From Tepidiformaceae bacterium (lineage in GTDB: Bacteria > Chloroflexota > Dehalococcoidia > Tepidiformales > Tepidiformaceae), in NCBI GenBank assembly GCA_965208185.1, contig OZ242321.1:192163-256162 (forward strand): 64,000 nucleotides of DNA, read 5' to 3'. The notes under the pieces were generated by a model. The model saw only the letters and a list, made by a program, of their open reading frames with translations. It made no database searches and had not been told where the DNA came from. Position numbers and translations under genes: made by a program. Below, piece after piece: positions 55,031 through 64,000 of this stretch; the stretch's first letter is position 1, and each line of letters opens with the position of its first letter.

Positions 55031-55405
55031 GTGCTCCACGAATACGGCCACATCGCCATTCTTGTCATCATCGCGCTCATCTTTCCGGCGGGCGCGATCG
55101 TGCAGTCGTGGGCGTTCAAGTTCGTCAACATCCGTCCGGAAGTGCCCTCCGACCCGGTCAAGGAAGACACGTACGAGTGCGGCATGGTCACTCGCGGGTC
55201 GGCGCTGACGCAGTTCAATTTCCGCTTCTACTACGTGGCCCTGCTGTTCCTGCTGTTCGACGTCGAGATCGTCTTCCTGTTCCCGTGGGCGGTCGTGTTC
55301 GAGGATGCGGGGCTGGTGGGGCTGGGGAAGATCGCGATCTTCGTGGGGACATTCGTCGTGGGCGGCCTTTACGCCTGGCGCAAGCGCGCGCTGGAGTACG
55401 CCTGA
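55031..55405 (+). CDS. nuoA: NADH-quinone oxidoreductase subunit A
   Basis: 124 aa, 3 TM, YECGM and FLLFDVEIVFLFPWA motifs. Confidence 0.92.
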   Translation: MLHEYGHIAILVIIALIFPAGAIVQSWAFKFVNIRPEVPSDPVKEDTYECGMVTRGSALTQFNFRFYYVALLFLLFDVEIVFLFPWAVVFEDAGLVGLGKIAIFVGTFVVGGLYAWRKRALEYA

Positions 55406-55929
55406 TGACGCGCTGGTGGACCGGCGAGGAGCTCGGGGAAGCCGCTGAGCGGTTGGTTCCGGGTTCGGTCTCGCACACGACGGAGACGGCCTGCGTCCTG
55501 AAGAGTGAACACGCGGTGGAGGCGCTCCGCGCGCTGCGGGACGACCCCGAGACGAACTTCGTCCACCTCTCGAACCTGTGCGGCGTGGACCAGTGGGACC
55601 GCTTCGAGGTGGTCTACCACCTGCAGTCGCTGGAGCGGAACCAGATGGCCTGCGCCAAGGTGGAGGCGCACGACCGCGAGAACGCGTCTGTCGCGAGCGT
55701 GGTCGATGTCTGGCAGGGGGCGTGGATCCAGGAGTCAGAGACGTACGACCTGTTCGGTATCGTCTTCGAGGGGCACCCCAACCTGCAGCGCATCCTGCTC
55801 TGGGACGGCTATCCGGGGCACCCGCTGCGCAAGGACTTCCTCGCGATGCCGGGCGGGTTACAGCCCGGCCTCAACGAATTCGCAGGCACCTCGGCGAAGC
55901 CCGAGCCTCCGGTACGGCCGGTCACATGA
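55405..55929 (+). CDS. nuoC: NADH-quinone oxidoreductase subunit C
   Basis: ATG 55405 overlaps the nuoA stop (TGATG). FEVVYHLQSLERNQ...ESETYDLFGIVFEGHPNLQRILL; 174 aa. Confidence 0.9.
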   Translation: MTRWWTGEELGEAAERLVPGSVSHTTETACVLKSEHAVEALRALRDDPETNFVHLSNLCGVDQWDRFEVVYHLQSLERNQMACAKVEAHDRENASVASVVDVWQGAWIQESETYDLFGIVFEGHPNLQRILLWDGYPGHPLRKDFLAMPGGLQPGLNEFAGTSAKPEPPVRPVT

Positions 55930-57035
55930 GCGAGATCGTCCAGTCCGAGCCGTTCGTCATGAACATCGGGCCGCAGCACCCGTCGACGCACGGCGTGTTC
56001 CGGGTGAAGGCGACGGTCGACGGGGAGCGGGTGGTCGATGCGGAGATGGTGATCGGCTACCTGCACCGCTCGATGGAGAAGCTGGCGGAAGAGCGCACCT
56101 ACACCCAGAACATCCCCTTTACCGACCGCACGGACTACCTGAGCAGCATGTCGAACAACCTCGGCTACTGCCTGGCGGTGGAGAAGCTGGCTGGCATCGA
56201 GGTGCCGCCACGGGGACAGGCGATCCGCGTGATCATGGCGGAGCTGCAGCGCCTCGCGAGCCACTGCATGGGCGCCGGCGCCTTCGCCAACGACACAGGG
56301 GCGTGGCAGACGCCGATCATGTGGTTCATGCGCGAACGCGAGAAGATCCTCGACATCTTCGAGATGACGAGCGGCGCTCGCCTGACGTGCAACTACATGC
56401 GCATCGGCGGGGTCGCGTTCGAGCTGCCGGACGGGTTCGAGGAGATGGTGCGGGACCTGATCGGGCCGCTGCGCCAGACCATCGCCGACGGGGAGGGGCT
56501 GCTCTCCGGGAACGAGATATTCCTGGCGCGGGCGCGGAACGTGGCGGTGATTCCGCCCGACATGGCGGTCAATGCGTCGCTGAGCGGCCCGATGCTTCGC
56601 GGGAGCGGGGTCGCCTGGGACATCCGCAAGGCCGACCCCTACTGCGGCTACGAGCAGTACGACTTCGACATCCCGATCGGGTACCAGGGCGACGCGTACG
56701 ACCGCTTCATCATTCGGCTCGAGGAGATGCGCCAGAGCCTGCGCATCGTCGAGCAGGCTCTGGACGGGCTGCCAGGCGGCCCGCACAGCACCGAGGTGCC
56801 CTTGGCGCTGCGCCCGCCCGCGGGCGAGGCCTACGCGCGCATCGAGAGCCCGCGCGGCGAGCTCGGCTACTACCTCGTCAGCGACGAGGGGCCTTCGCCC
56901 TACCGCTTCCACATCCGCCCGCCCTCGCTCATCAACCTCAGCGTGCTGAAGGAGATGACGGTAGGCGGCTCCATCGCCGACGCCATCGTGGCGCTCGGCT
57001 CGATCGACATCGTCGTCGGCGAGATTGACCGCTGA
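55926..57035 (+). CDS. nuoD: NADH-quinone oxidoreductase subunit D
   Basis: ATG 55926 (ATGA overlap with nuoC). MNIGPQHPSTHGVFR ... IGYLHRSMEKLAE ... ESPRGELGYYL; 369 aa. Confidence 0.93.
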   Translation: MSEIVQSEPFVMNIGPQHPSTHGVFRVKATVDGERVVDAEMVIGYLHRSMEKLAEERTYTQNIPFTDRTDYLSSMSNNLGYCLAVEKLAGIEVPPRGQAIRVIMAELQRLASHCMGAGAFANDTGAWQTPIMWFMREREKILDIFEMTSGARLTCNYMRIGGVAFELPDGFEEMVRDLIGPLRQTIADGEGLLSGNEIFLARARNVAVIPPDMAVNASLSGPMLRGSGVAWDIRKADPYCGYEQYDFDIPIGYQGDAYDRFIIRLEEMRQSLRIVEQALDGLPGGPHSTEVPLALRPPAGEAYARIESPRGELGYYLVSDEGPSPYRFHIRPPSLINLSVLKEMTVGGSIADAIVALGSIDIVVGEIDR

Positions 57036-58300
57036 TGGAGATGCTCGCGACGGACCACTGGTACGACTTCCGCGATCTCTCGAACTTGTCGCGGGTGATC
57101 CTTGAGGGGATCGACAAGGTCGCGCCGTACGAGCTGGCGTACATCGTGGCGCCGATCATCGGGTTCGTGGCGGCGTTCGTGATCTTCGTACTGCCCTCGC
57201 AGCTGTTCGTGGGCGTCTACGGCGAGCGGCGGATCATCGGGCGCATCCAGTCGCGCAAGGGACCGAACCGGGTGGGGCCGTTCGGGCTGCTGCAGCCGGT
57301 GGCGGACGCGCTCAAGCTGCTGCAGAAGGAAGCGCTCACACCAACGGCCGCCGACAAGACGCTCATGTGGGCGGCGCCGGTCTTCTTCGTGGCTCCGGCG
57401 GTGCTGCTGTTCGCGGTGATCCCGTTCGGCCCGCGGATGGTGTTCGCGGATGTTCCCGCGGGGCTCATCTTTTTCATCGCCGTGTCGGGCCTGCCGGTGC
57501 TAGCAGCGTTCATCGCAGGCTGGAGTTCGAACAACAAGTACAGCCTCTACGGGGCGATGCGGATCGTGGCGATGTCGGTCAGCTACGAGGTCCCGCTCGT
57601 GCTGATGCTCCTCTGCGTGGTCGTGTTCACCAACACGATGAGCCTGCCGGGGATCGTCTGGTTCCAGAAGGACGTTGACCTGTGGCTCATCTTCATGCAG
57701 CCGCTGGCGTTCGTCGTCTATTTCATCGCGGTCAGCGCGGAGCTGAACCGCACGCCCACGGACATCGCCGAGGCGGAGTCGGAGATCGTGGCGGGCTACC
57801 TGACCGAGTACAGCGGCATGAAGTGGGGCCTCTTCTACGGGATGGACATCGGCTACGCGCTGGCGGCCTCCGCCTTCGCGGCGACGATCTTCCTGGGCGG
57901 CTGGTCGATGTGGGGGCTGGAGCAGTGGGTGCCGCCGTGGGTCATCTTCATCGCCAAGACGCACCTCTTCTACATGGTCTTCATCTGGACGCGGGGCACG
58001 CTCCCGCGGCTGCGGATCGACCAGCTGATGGGCTTTGCCTGGAAGTTCCTGCTGCCGCTGGCGGTCGTGAACCTGTTCCTGGTCTCGCTTGAGCGGCTGT
58101 GGTGGTCGGAGAGCGACCTCGGCGGCGGCATCGTGTTCGTGATCGCGGCGATCAACATCCCCGTGTCGGCTGTGGCGGTGTACCTGTGGGCGCGATTCCT
58201 CGGGTACAAGCCGGAGCGCGTCCCCACACGGCCGCGGCTCGTGCAGGACGCGGGCGGCTACGTGCCGGTCGAGGATCCCGCGACGGGAGGGGGCAAGTAG
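57035..58300 (+). CDS. nuoH: NADH-quinone oxidoreductase subunit H
   Basis: ERRIIGRIQSRKGPNRVGPFGLLQPVADALKL and AESEIVAGYLTEYSG motifs. TGATG overlap with nuoD. Confidence 0.93.
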   Translation: MEMLATDHWYDFRDLSNLSRVILEGIDKVAPYELAYIVAPIIGFVAAFVIFVLPSQLFVGVYGERRIIGRIQSRKGPNRVGPFGLLQPVADALKLLQKEALTPTAADKTLMWAAPVFFVAPAVLLFAVIPFGPRMVFADVPAGLIFFIAVSGLPVLAAFIAGWSSNNKYSLYGAMRIVAMSVSYEVPLVLMLLCVVVFTNTMSLPGIVWFQKDVDLWLIFMQPLAFVVYFIAVSAELNRTPTDIAEAESEIVAGYLTEYSGMKWGLFYGMDIGYALAASAFAATIFLGGWSMWGLEQWVPPWVIFIAKTHLFYMVFIWTRGTLPRLRIDQLMGFAWKFLLPLAVVNLFLVSLERLWWSESDLGGGIVFVIAAINIPVSAVAVYLWARFLGYKPERVPTRPRLVQDAGGYVPVEDPATGGGK

Positions 58301-58825
58301 ATGGAAGGCGCCGGCGTGCATATCGCGTTCTACGTGCTCTCCATCCTCACGCTGGTGGCGGCCGGGGGCGTGATGGTGTCACGCAACCTGCTGCACGCCG
58401 TCCTGTTCCTGATCGTCGCCTTCATCGGGGTAGCGGGGTTCTTCGTGCTGCTCTCGGCGGAGTTCATCGCGATGGCGCAGATCGTCATCTACGTGGGCGC
58501 AATCGCCGTGCTCATCCTGTTCGCGATCGTGCTGACGCCGCGGTCCGTGCGAGACAACTCGGAGACGGCGATGGTGGGCCCGGCGATCCTGCTGGGCGTG
58601 GCGCTGGCGACGGTGTTCCTGTTCGTCATCCACGACACCGGCTGGATGACCGGTGCCGGGGACCCGGGTCTCTCGGTCAGCGACCTGGGACGGGCGCTCC
58701 TCTCGACGTGGGTGCTGCCCTTCGAGATCGCGTCCGTGCTTCTAACCGCCGCGCTGGTGGGCGCGATCATGCTCGTTCGCTCCGAGACCGAGGAAAGCGA
58801 GGACGTGCCCGATGCTGACGCTTGA
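58301..58825 (+). CDS. nuoJ: NADH-quinone oxidoreductase subunit J
   Basis: Starts the base after the nuoH stop. LHAVLFLIVAFIGVAGFFVLLSAEFIAMAQIVIYVGAIAVLILF. Confidence 0.9.
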   Translation: MEGAGVHIAFYVLSILTLVAAGGVMVSRNLLHAVLFLIVAFIGVAGFFVLLSAEFIAMAQIVIYVGAIAVLILFAIVLTPRSVRDNSETAMVGPAILLGVALATVFLFVIHDTGWMTGAGDPGLSVSDLGRALLSTWVLPFEIASVLLTAALVGAIMLVRSETEESEDVPDADA

Positions 58826-59123
58826 GCACTTCCTCACCGTCGGCGCGCTGCTGTTCTGCCTCGGGCTCGTGATCGCCCTGAGCAAGCGGAACGCGATCGG
58901 CGTGCTGATGGGCATCGAGCTGATGCTGAATTCGGTCAACCTGACGCTGATCGCGTTCTCGCGATTCAGCGATGGGCCCGCGGAGATCGCGGGACACGCC
59001 TTCGTGGCGTTCATCATCACCGTCGCCGCTGCCGAGGCGGCCGTCGCGCTTGCACTCGCGGTGGCCGTCTACCGGAGCCGCCAGACCGTCGAGGTCGACC
59101 AGCTCGACCTTCTGAAGTTGTAA
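58812..59123 (+). CDS. nuoK: NADH-quinone oxidoreductase subunit K
   Basis: 103 aa, GVLMGIELMLNSVNL motif. Confidence 0.92.
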   Translation: MLTLEHFLTVGALLFCLGLVIALSKRNAIGVLMGIELMLNSVNLTLIAFSRFSDGPAEIAGHAFVAFIITVAAAEAAVALALAVAVYRSRQTVEVDQLDLLKL

Positions 59124-59127
59124 CGCC

Positions 59128-59325
59128 ATGTGGGTTGAATTCATGAGCGTGGCAAACGGGTACGTCGCTGAGACGTGGCGTGAGCTGTTCGCGGCGGAGG
59201 GGCTGCGGATCGTGATCATGCCGCCCGTGGGCCGCGGCGAAGACGCCTCCATGCGCGACGAACGCACCATCTACGTCCCCACGGGCAAGGCGCACGTGGC
59301 GCGCGAAATCCTGAGGAAGATCTGA
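59128..59325 (+). CDS. small DUF2007-like protein inserted between nuoK and nuoL
   Basis: 65-aa ORF with GC3 bias that fills the K-L gap exactly. The pattern ..AETWRELFAAEGLRIVIM...IYVPTGKAHVAREILRKI resembles DUF2007 (A..l...L...GI......V.V....a..A..iL). An alternative start lies at 59143. Confidence 0.55.
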   Translation: MWVEFMSVANGYVAETWRELFAAEGLRIVIMPPVGRGEDASMRDERTIYVPTGKAHVAREILRKI

Positions 59326-59329
59326 GCCG

Positions 59330-61282
59330 ATGATCCAACTCTTCGCAGCAGCGACGGGGGAGGTTCCCGGCATCAGCGAGGTCGTGCTGTGGGCGATCAT
59401 CCTCTGCCCGCTGGCGGCCTTCGCCGCAATCACGCTGTACGTGCGCCACCTGCCGAAGATCGCGGGCTACCTGAGCATCCTCGCGATCGGCGTTTCCTTC
59501 GTGCTCTCGCTGATCGCGCTCATCGACGTGCTGGGGGCGGGTGGCGGTATCGCCATCTACTCGCACGACTGGTTCCGGGCGGGGCCGCTTGAGCTGGCCC
59601 TCGGGGTGCGCATCGACGGTCTGACGGCGGTGATGCTGGTGGTGGTGTCGAGCGTGTCGCTGCTCGTGCAGGTGTACTCGCAGGGGTACATGGAGGGCGA
59701 CCCCGGCTACGGCCGCTACTACGCCTACATGAGCCTCTTCATCACGGCGATGCTGGGGCTGGTCCTGGCCGACAACCTGTTCATGCTCTTCATCTTCTGG
59801 GAGCTGGTGGGCCTCTCGAGCTACCTGCTCATCGGCTTCTGGTTCCACAAGCCGAGCGCGGCCTCCGCTGCCAAGAAGGCGTTCATCGTGACGCGCATCG
59901 GCGACCTCGGGTTGCTGGCGGCGATCCTGCTCATCTGGACGCGTCACGACACGCTCGCCATCCACGAGATTCACGACCTGGCACTCACCGGAGCGCTCGC
60001 CGGGACGACGCTGACGCTGTTCGGGCTGGGGCTCTTCGCGGGGGCGGTGGGGAAGAGCGCGCAGTTCCCCCTGCACGTGTGGCTCCCGGACGCGATGGAG
60101 GGCCCGACGCCGGTCTCGGCGCTCATCCACGCCGCCACGATGGTCGCGGCGGGGGTCTACCTGATGGCCCGCTTCTTCCCGGTCATCGAAGCGTCACCGG
60201 ACGCGCTCAATGTGGTCGGCTGGATCGGGGCGGCGACGGTCGCGGTGGGGGCCTCGCTGGCGCTCGTGCAGACCGACCTGAAGCGGGTGCTCGCCTACTC
60301 CACGATCAGCCAGCTTGGCTACATGATGCTGGCGCTGGGCGTGTTCGGGTACGCGGTGGCGGTCTTCCACCTGTTCACGCACGCCTTCTTCAAGGCGTTG
60401 CTGTTCCTCGGCAGCGGTTCGGTGAACCACGCGACCAACACGTTCGATATGCGGCTGATGGGCGGCCTGCGCACGGTGATGCCGATCACGTTCTGGACGT
60501 TCCTGATCGGCACGCTCAGCCTCTCGGGCATCTTCCCGCTGGCGGGATTCTGGTCGAAGGACGAGATCCTGCTGGAGGCCTGGGTGAACAACAAGGGCCT
60601 CTACGCGGTGGCGGCGATCGCTTCGTTCGTGACCGCGCTCTACATGTTCCGCGCGATCTTCCTGACGTTCTTCGGGACGTACAAAGGCGGCGAGCCGGTC
60701 GACCACGAGGACGAAGACTCGCACTTCCACGGCGATCCGGCGCACCCGCACGAGTCGAGCTGGGTCATGACCGTTCCCCTGCTCATCCTGACGGCCGGCG
60801 CCATCGCGGCGGGCTGGTGGGCCTGGGGCAAGGAGTTCCACCACTTCGTGGAGGCGGCGGTGCCGGGTGGGCTCCACAAGGCGCCCGACTTTAGCTACTG
60901 GATCGCGATCACGTCCTCGCTCATCGCCGTGGCAGGCATCGGGGCGGCGTGGGCCATCTACCACCGGGGGCTCGTCTCCTCGGCGGAGATTCGCAAGATT
61001 GCGTTCCCGCTGGTCGCGCTGCTCGAGAACAAGTTCTTCCTCGACGACCTCTACGAACGCGCCTTCGCCGTGCAGGCGTTCCAGCGGGGCTGGAACCGGC
61101 TGGTGGAGGTATTCGATACGACCGCCGTGGACGGCGCCGTGAACGGCGTGGGCTGGGTGGGGACGCAGTCGAGCCGAGTGCTGCGCCACGCCCAGACCGG
61201 CCAAGTGCAGCTCTACGGCGTGGGAATAGCCGCCGGCGTCTTCATCGTCGCCATCATCGTGTTCATCGCGAATCCGCTGTAG
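59330..61282 (+). CDS. nuoL: NADH-quinone oxidoreductase subunit L
   Basis: 650 aa, GKSAQFPLHVWLPDAMEGPTPVSALIHAATMV motif. Confidence 0.95.
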   Translation: MIQLFAAATGEVPGISEVVLWAIILCPLAAFAAITLYVRHLPKIAGYLSILAIGVSFVLSLIALIDVLGAGGGIAIYSHDWFRAGPLELALGVRIDGLTAVMLVVVSSVSLLVQVYSQGYMEGDPGYGRYYAYMSLFITAMLGLVLADNLFMLFIFWELVGLSSYLLIGFWFHKPSAASAAKKAFIVTRIGDLGLLAAILLIWTRHDTLAIHEIHDLALTGALAGTTLTLFGLGLFAGAVGKSAQFPLHVWLPDAMEGPTPVSALIHAATMVAAGVYLMARFFPVIEASPDALNVVGWIGAATVAVGASLALVQTDLKRVLAYSTISQLGYMMLALGVFGYAVAVFHLFTHAFFKALLFLGSGSVNHATNTFDMRLMGGLRTVMPITFWTFLIGTLSLSGIFPLAGFWSKDEILLEAWVNNKGLYAVAAIASFVTALYMFRAIFLTFFGTYKGGEPVDHEDEDSHFHGDPAHPHESSWVMTVPLLILTAGAIAAGWWAWGKEFHHFVEAAVPGGLHKAPDFSYWIAITSSLIAVAGIGAAWAIYHRGLVSSAEIRKIAFPLVALLENKFFLDDLYERAFAVQAFQRGWNRLVEVFDTTAVDGAVNGVGWVGTQSSRVLRHAQTGQVQLYGVGIAAGVFIVAIIVFIANPL

Positions 61283-61291
61283 GAGGGTGGA

Positions 61292-62752
61292 ATGCTGCTG
61301 ACGTTGCTCGTGTTCCTGCCCGCCTTCGCGGGGCTGCTGATCCTGCTGCTCCCGGCGGACCGCGCGCGCTATTCGCGCTGGCTGGCGCTGCTGGGGTCGC
61401 TCGTGGCCCTCGCCATTTCGATCGGGATGTTCTTCGACTTCCAGACGGGCGGGGGCTTCCAGTTCGTCGACCGGGCCTCGTGGATCGACGTGGGCTCGTT
61501 CGAGATCCAGTACTTCCTGGCGGTCGACGGGCTGAGCATGCCGCTGGTCGTCTTGACGACGTTCCTGACGGCGGCGGCGGTGCTGGTCTCGTTCAGCATC
61601 GAGCACCGGCCGCGGGCCTACTTCGCCTGCCTGATGGTGCTCTCGACGGCTGTCCTGGGCGTGTTCACGGCCATGGACTTCCTGCTCTTCTTCCTGTTCT
61701 GGGAGCTGGAGCTGTTCCCGATGTACCTGCTCATCTCGGTCTGGGGATCGGGGCGGCGCGAGTACTCGGCGATGAAGTTCGTGCTGTACACGGTGGCGGG
61801 CTCGGCCTTCATGCTCGTCGCGATCCTCGCGCTGGCGTTCAGCGCGGGCACTTTCGATATGGAGGTGCTGGGCACCTCGACCATCACGACCGCGGTGCTG
61901 CCGCTGGGCTGGGTCTTCCTGTTCCTCTTCATCGGGTTCGCGGTGAAGCTGCCGATCGTGCCGCTGCACACGTGGCTGCCGGACGCGCACAGCGACGCGC
62001 CCACGGCGGTCTCGGTGATGCTGGCGGGCGTGCTGCTGAAGATGGGCGGCTACGCGATCATCCGCACCTGCGTCACCATCCTGCCCGACCAGGCGAACGA
62101 CTACGGCATCTGGCTGGCGGCCATCGGCTCTATCAGCGTGCTCTACGGCGCGTTCGTGACCTTCAGACAGACGGACGTGAAGCGGCTGATCGCGTACTCG
62201 TCGGTGAGCCACATGGGCCTCGTGCTGCTCGGCATCGGAGCGCTGGGGACGACGGCGATGGTGGGCGCGGCCTACCAGATGCTGGCCCACGGCCTGATCA
62301 CGGGCATGCTCTTCGTGGTCGTCGGGCTGATGTACGAGCGCACGCACACGCGCGAGATCGGGCGGCTCGGCGGGCTCGCGCGGCAGATGCCGCTGATCGC
62401 GACGGGGCTCGTGTTCGCGGGCTTCGCGAGCGTGGGGCTACCGTCCCTGGCCGGGTTCATCGCGGAGATCACGGTCTTCCTGGGCGCCTTCCAGAAGCAC
62501 GAGTGGGCGGTGATCATGGCCATCTTCGGCGTGGTCCTGTCCGCGGGGTACATCCTCTGGACGCTGCAACGGGTGGTATTCGGGCCGGTGCGGCACGAGT
62601 GGGACGAGGCGGACGACCAGAAGCACTGGTGGGAGCACGCGAGCGTTATCGGGCTGGCCGCGCTGGTGATCCTGCTGGGCGTCTACCCGAGCCTGATCAT
62701 GGACATGCTTGATCCCGCCATCGGGGTCGTGAGCGCGAGGGTGGCAGGGTGA
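61292..62752 (+). CDS. nuoM: NADH-quinone oxidoreductase subunit M
   Basis: 486 aa, KLPIVPLHTWLPDAHSDAPTAVSVMLAGVLLK motif. Confidence 0.95.
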   Translation: MLLTLLVFLPAFAGLLILLLPADRARYSRWLALLGSLVALAISIGMFFDFQTGGGFQFVDRASWIDVGSFEIQYFLAVDGLSMPLVVLTTFLTAAAVLVSFSIEHRPRAYFACLMVLSTAVLGVFTAMDFLLFFLFWELELFPMYLLISVWGSGRREYSAMKFVLYTVAGSAFMLVAILALAFSAGTFDMEVLGTSTITTAVLPLGWVFLFLFIGFAVKLPIVPLHTWLPDAHSDAPTAVSVMLAGVLLKMGGYAIIRTCVTILPDQANDYGIWLAAIGSISVLYGAFVTFRQTDVKRLIAYSSVSHMGLVLLGIGALGTTAMVGAAYQMLAHGLITGMLFVVVGLMYERTHTREIGRLGGLARQMPLIATGLVFAGFASVGLPSLAGFIAEITVFLGAFQKHEWAVIMAIFGVVLSAGYILWTLQRVVFGPVRHEWDEADDQKHWWEHASVIGLAALVILLGVYPSLIMDMLDPAIGVVSARVAG

Positions 62753-64000
62753 GCGAACTCGACATCGTCGGACCCCAGCTCGCGATCCTGCTCGCAGCCG
62801 GCGCGGTGCTCGTCTGGGACGCACTCCTGCCGAGCCAGCGCAAGGCGCTTCCCTACATCGCGCTGGCGGGCATCCTCGGGGCGGCCATCTGGACCTCGAC
62901 GTGGGTCATCCGGGGCGACTTCCAGACCGCCTTCGACGGCACCTTCGCGATCGACCAGTACGCGGTGTTCTTCCAGTACGTGTTCGCCGGGATCACGGCG
63001 ATCGTCGTCCTCGCCTCGATCGACTGGGTGGACCGGGTGGGGCGGCGGCAGTCGGAGTACTTCGCGCTCGTCCTGACGGCCTCGGCGGGACTGATGTTCC
63101 TGGCGGGGGCGCGCGACCTGATCACGATCTTCCTCGCGCTCGAGCTCTCCTCCATCCCGCAGTACATCCTCGCCGGGTGGGGGAAGGACCAGCGTTCGAG
63201 CGAAGCGGGCATGAAGTACCTGCTGCTGGGGGCCATCGCCTCGGCGCTGCTGCTGTACGGCATGGCGCTGCTCTACGGCTTTGCCGGCTCGACGCTTCTG
63301 ACCGACATCTCCGCCGCCATCAGCGAGCACGGCGCTGACAACCGCTCGCTGCTCGTGGTTGCAAGCGTGCTGCTGATCGCCGGGTTCGGCTTCAAGATGG
63401 CGGTCGTCCCCTTCCAGATGTGGGTCCCGGACGTGTACCAGGGGGCGCCCACGCCCGTGGCCGCGTTCCTCTCGGTGGGGTCGAAGGCGGCGGCGTTCGC
63501 GGTCGTCATGCGGCTCTTCTTCGAGGGTCTTGGCGAGCAGTTCCTGAGCAACGACTGGGCGATGATCTTCGCGGTCATCGCGGCTGTCTCGATGACGCTG
63601 GGGAACGTGTTCGCGATCGTCCAGCGCGACATCAAGCGGATGCTGGGGTACTCCTCGATCGCGCAGGCGGGCAATTTCATGATCGGGCTTGCGGCCATCT
63701 CGATCGCGGGCGAGCACTTCGTCCAGGGCGCGAGCGGCGTGCTGCTGTTCGTGGCGGCGTACGCGTTCACGAACCTGGGCGCGTTCATTGCCGTCATCGG
63801 CATCTCGCAGCGTATCGGCAGCGACGACATCGCCGACTACGCGGGCATGTGGCGGCGGGCGCCTTTGCTCGCGCTGGCGCTTGCGTTCTGCCTCATCTCG
63901 CTGGCCGGCATCCCGCCGACGGCCGGATTCTGGGCGAAGCTGTACGTGTTCAACGCGGGCATCCAGGCCGACCTCGTGTGGCTCGTCATCATCGGTGTGC
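62749..64000 (+). CDS. nuoN: NADH-quinone oxidoreductase subunit N (3' end beyond the window)
   Basis: GTG 62749 overlaps the nuoM stop (GTGA). The frame stays open to the window end. FKMAVVPFQMWVPDVYQGAPTPVAAFLSVGSKAA motif. Not in the ORF track because there is no stop. Confidence 0.9.
   Translation, partial: MSELDIVGPQLAILLAAGAVLVWDALLPSQRKALPYIALAGILGAAIWTSTWVIRGDFQTAFDGTFAIDQYAVFFQYVFAGITAIVVLASIDWVDRVGRRQSEYFALVLTASAGLMFLAGARDLITIFLALELSSIPQYILAGWGKDQRSSEAGMKYLLLGAIASALLLYGMALLYGFAGSTLLTDISAAISEHGADNRSLLVVASVLLIAGFGFKMAVVPFQMWVPDVYQGAPTPVAAFLSVGSKAAAFAVVMRLFFEGLGEQFLSNDWAMIFAVIAAVSMTLGNVFAIVQRDIKRMLGYSSIAQAGNFMIGLAAISIAGEHFVQGASGVLLFVAAYAFTNLGAFIAVIGISQRIGSDDIADYAGMWRRAPLLALALAFCLISLAGIPPTAGFWAKLYVFNAGIQADLVWLVIIGV

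Noticed and set aside
55403-55407. Possibility that nuoB (and nuoI at 58300/58301) are present but hidden or mis-framed
   Set aside because: The stop and start codons of the flanking genes overlap or abut, leaving zero intergenic space. No NuoB (CCxxE..GxCA..GG) or NuoI (2x CxxCxxCxxxCP) motif is seen in any frame of the operon.

Overview
High-GC bacterial chromosomal segment. Hand-counted 60-nt lines are mostly 65-87% G+C. It is almost fully coding, with about 62 genes. Gene content and Pro-Thr linkers suggest a Chloroflexota/Thermomicrobia-like or actinobacterial genome, but this is inference only.

Left third: a translationally coupled housekeeping string on the minus strand (rluB-cmk fusion, plsC, DUF512 radical-SAM, 2Fe-2S ferredoxin, MocA-like, HAD, gap, ffh fragment). 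It is followed by a frameshifted PT-linker surface protein, a Zn-ADH, a Cys-peroxiredoxin, and a lower-GC Type I R-M island (hsdR, decayed hsdS, hsdM).

Middle: mostly CoA-ester metabolism (two CaiB-type CoA-transferases, hydantoinase/oxoprolinase A+B, crotonase, three acyl-CoA dehydrogenases, Ccr, MaoC). Also uvrC, a yhhQ-queF preQ0/preQ1 salvage pair with a candidate preQ1-type pseudoknot leader, vapBC, gatCA, PBP1A, ogg and pcrA.

Right end: a secreted Calx-beta/lysyl-oxidase-like protein and a nuo operon ordered nuoA-C-D-H-J-K-(DUF2007-like)-L-M-N. This operon lacks every Fe-S subunit gene (B, I, E, F, G).

Strongest single observation: a peroxiredoxin gene (26922..27383) has an in-frame TGA exactly at the peroxidatic-Cys position, followed by a SECIS-like hairpin. 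This is a predicted selenoprotein that ORF calling splits.

No rRNA, tRNA, CRISPR array, transposase or integrase was recognised. I do not see a convincing novel multi-gene system. The findings are recoding, gene-decay, fusion, mosaicism and unusual operon-content observations. Many long ORFs in the track are antisense or out-of-frame shadows typical of high-GC DNA and were not called.
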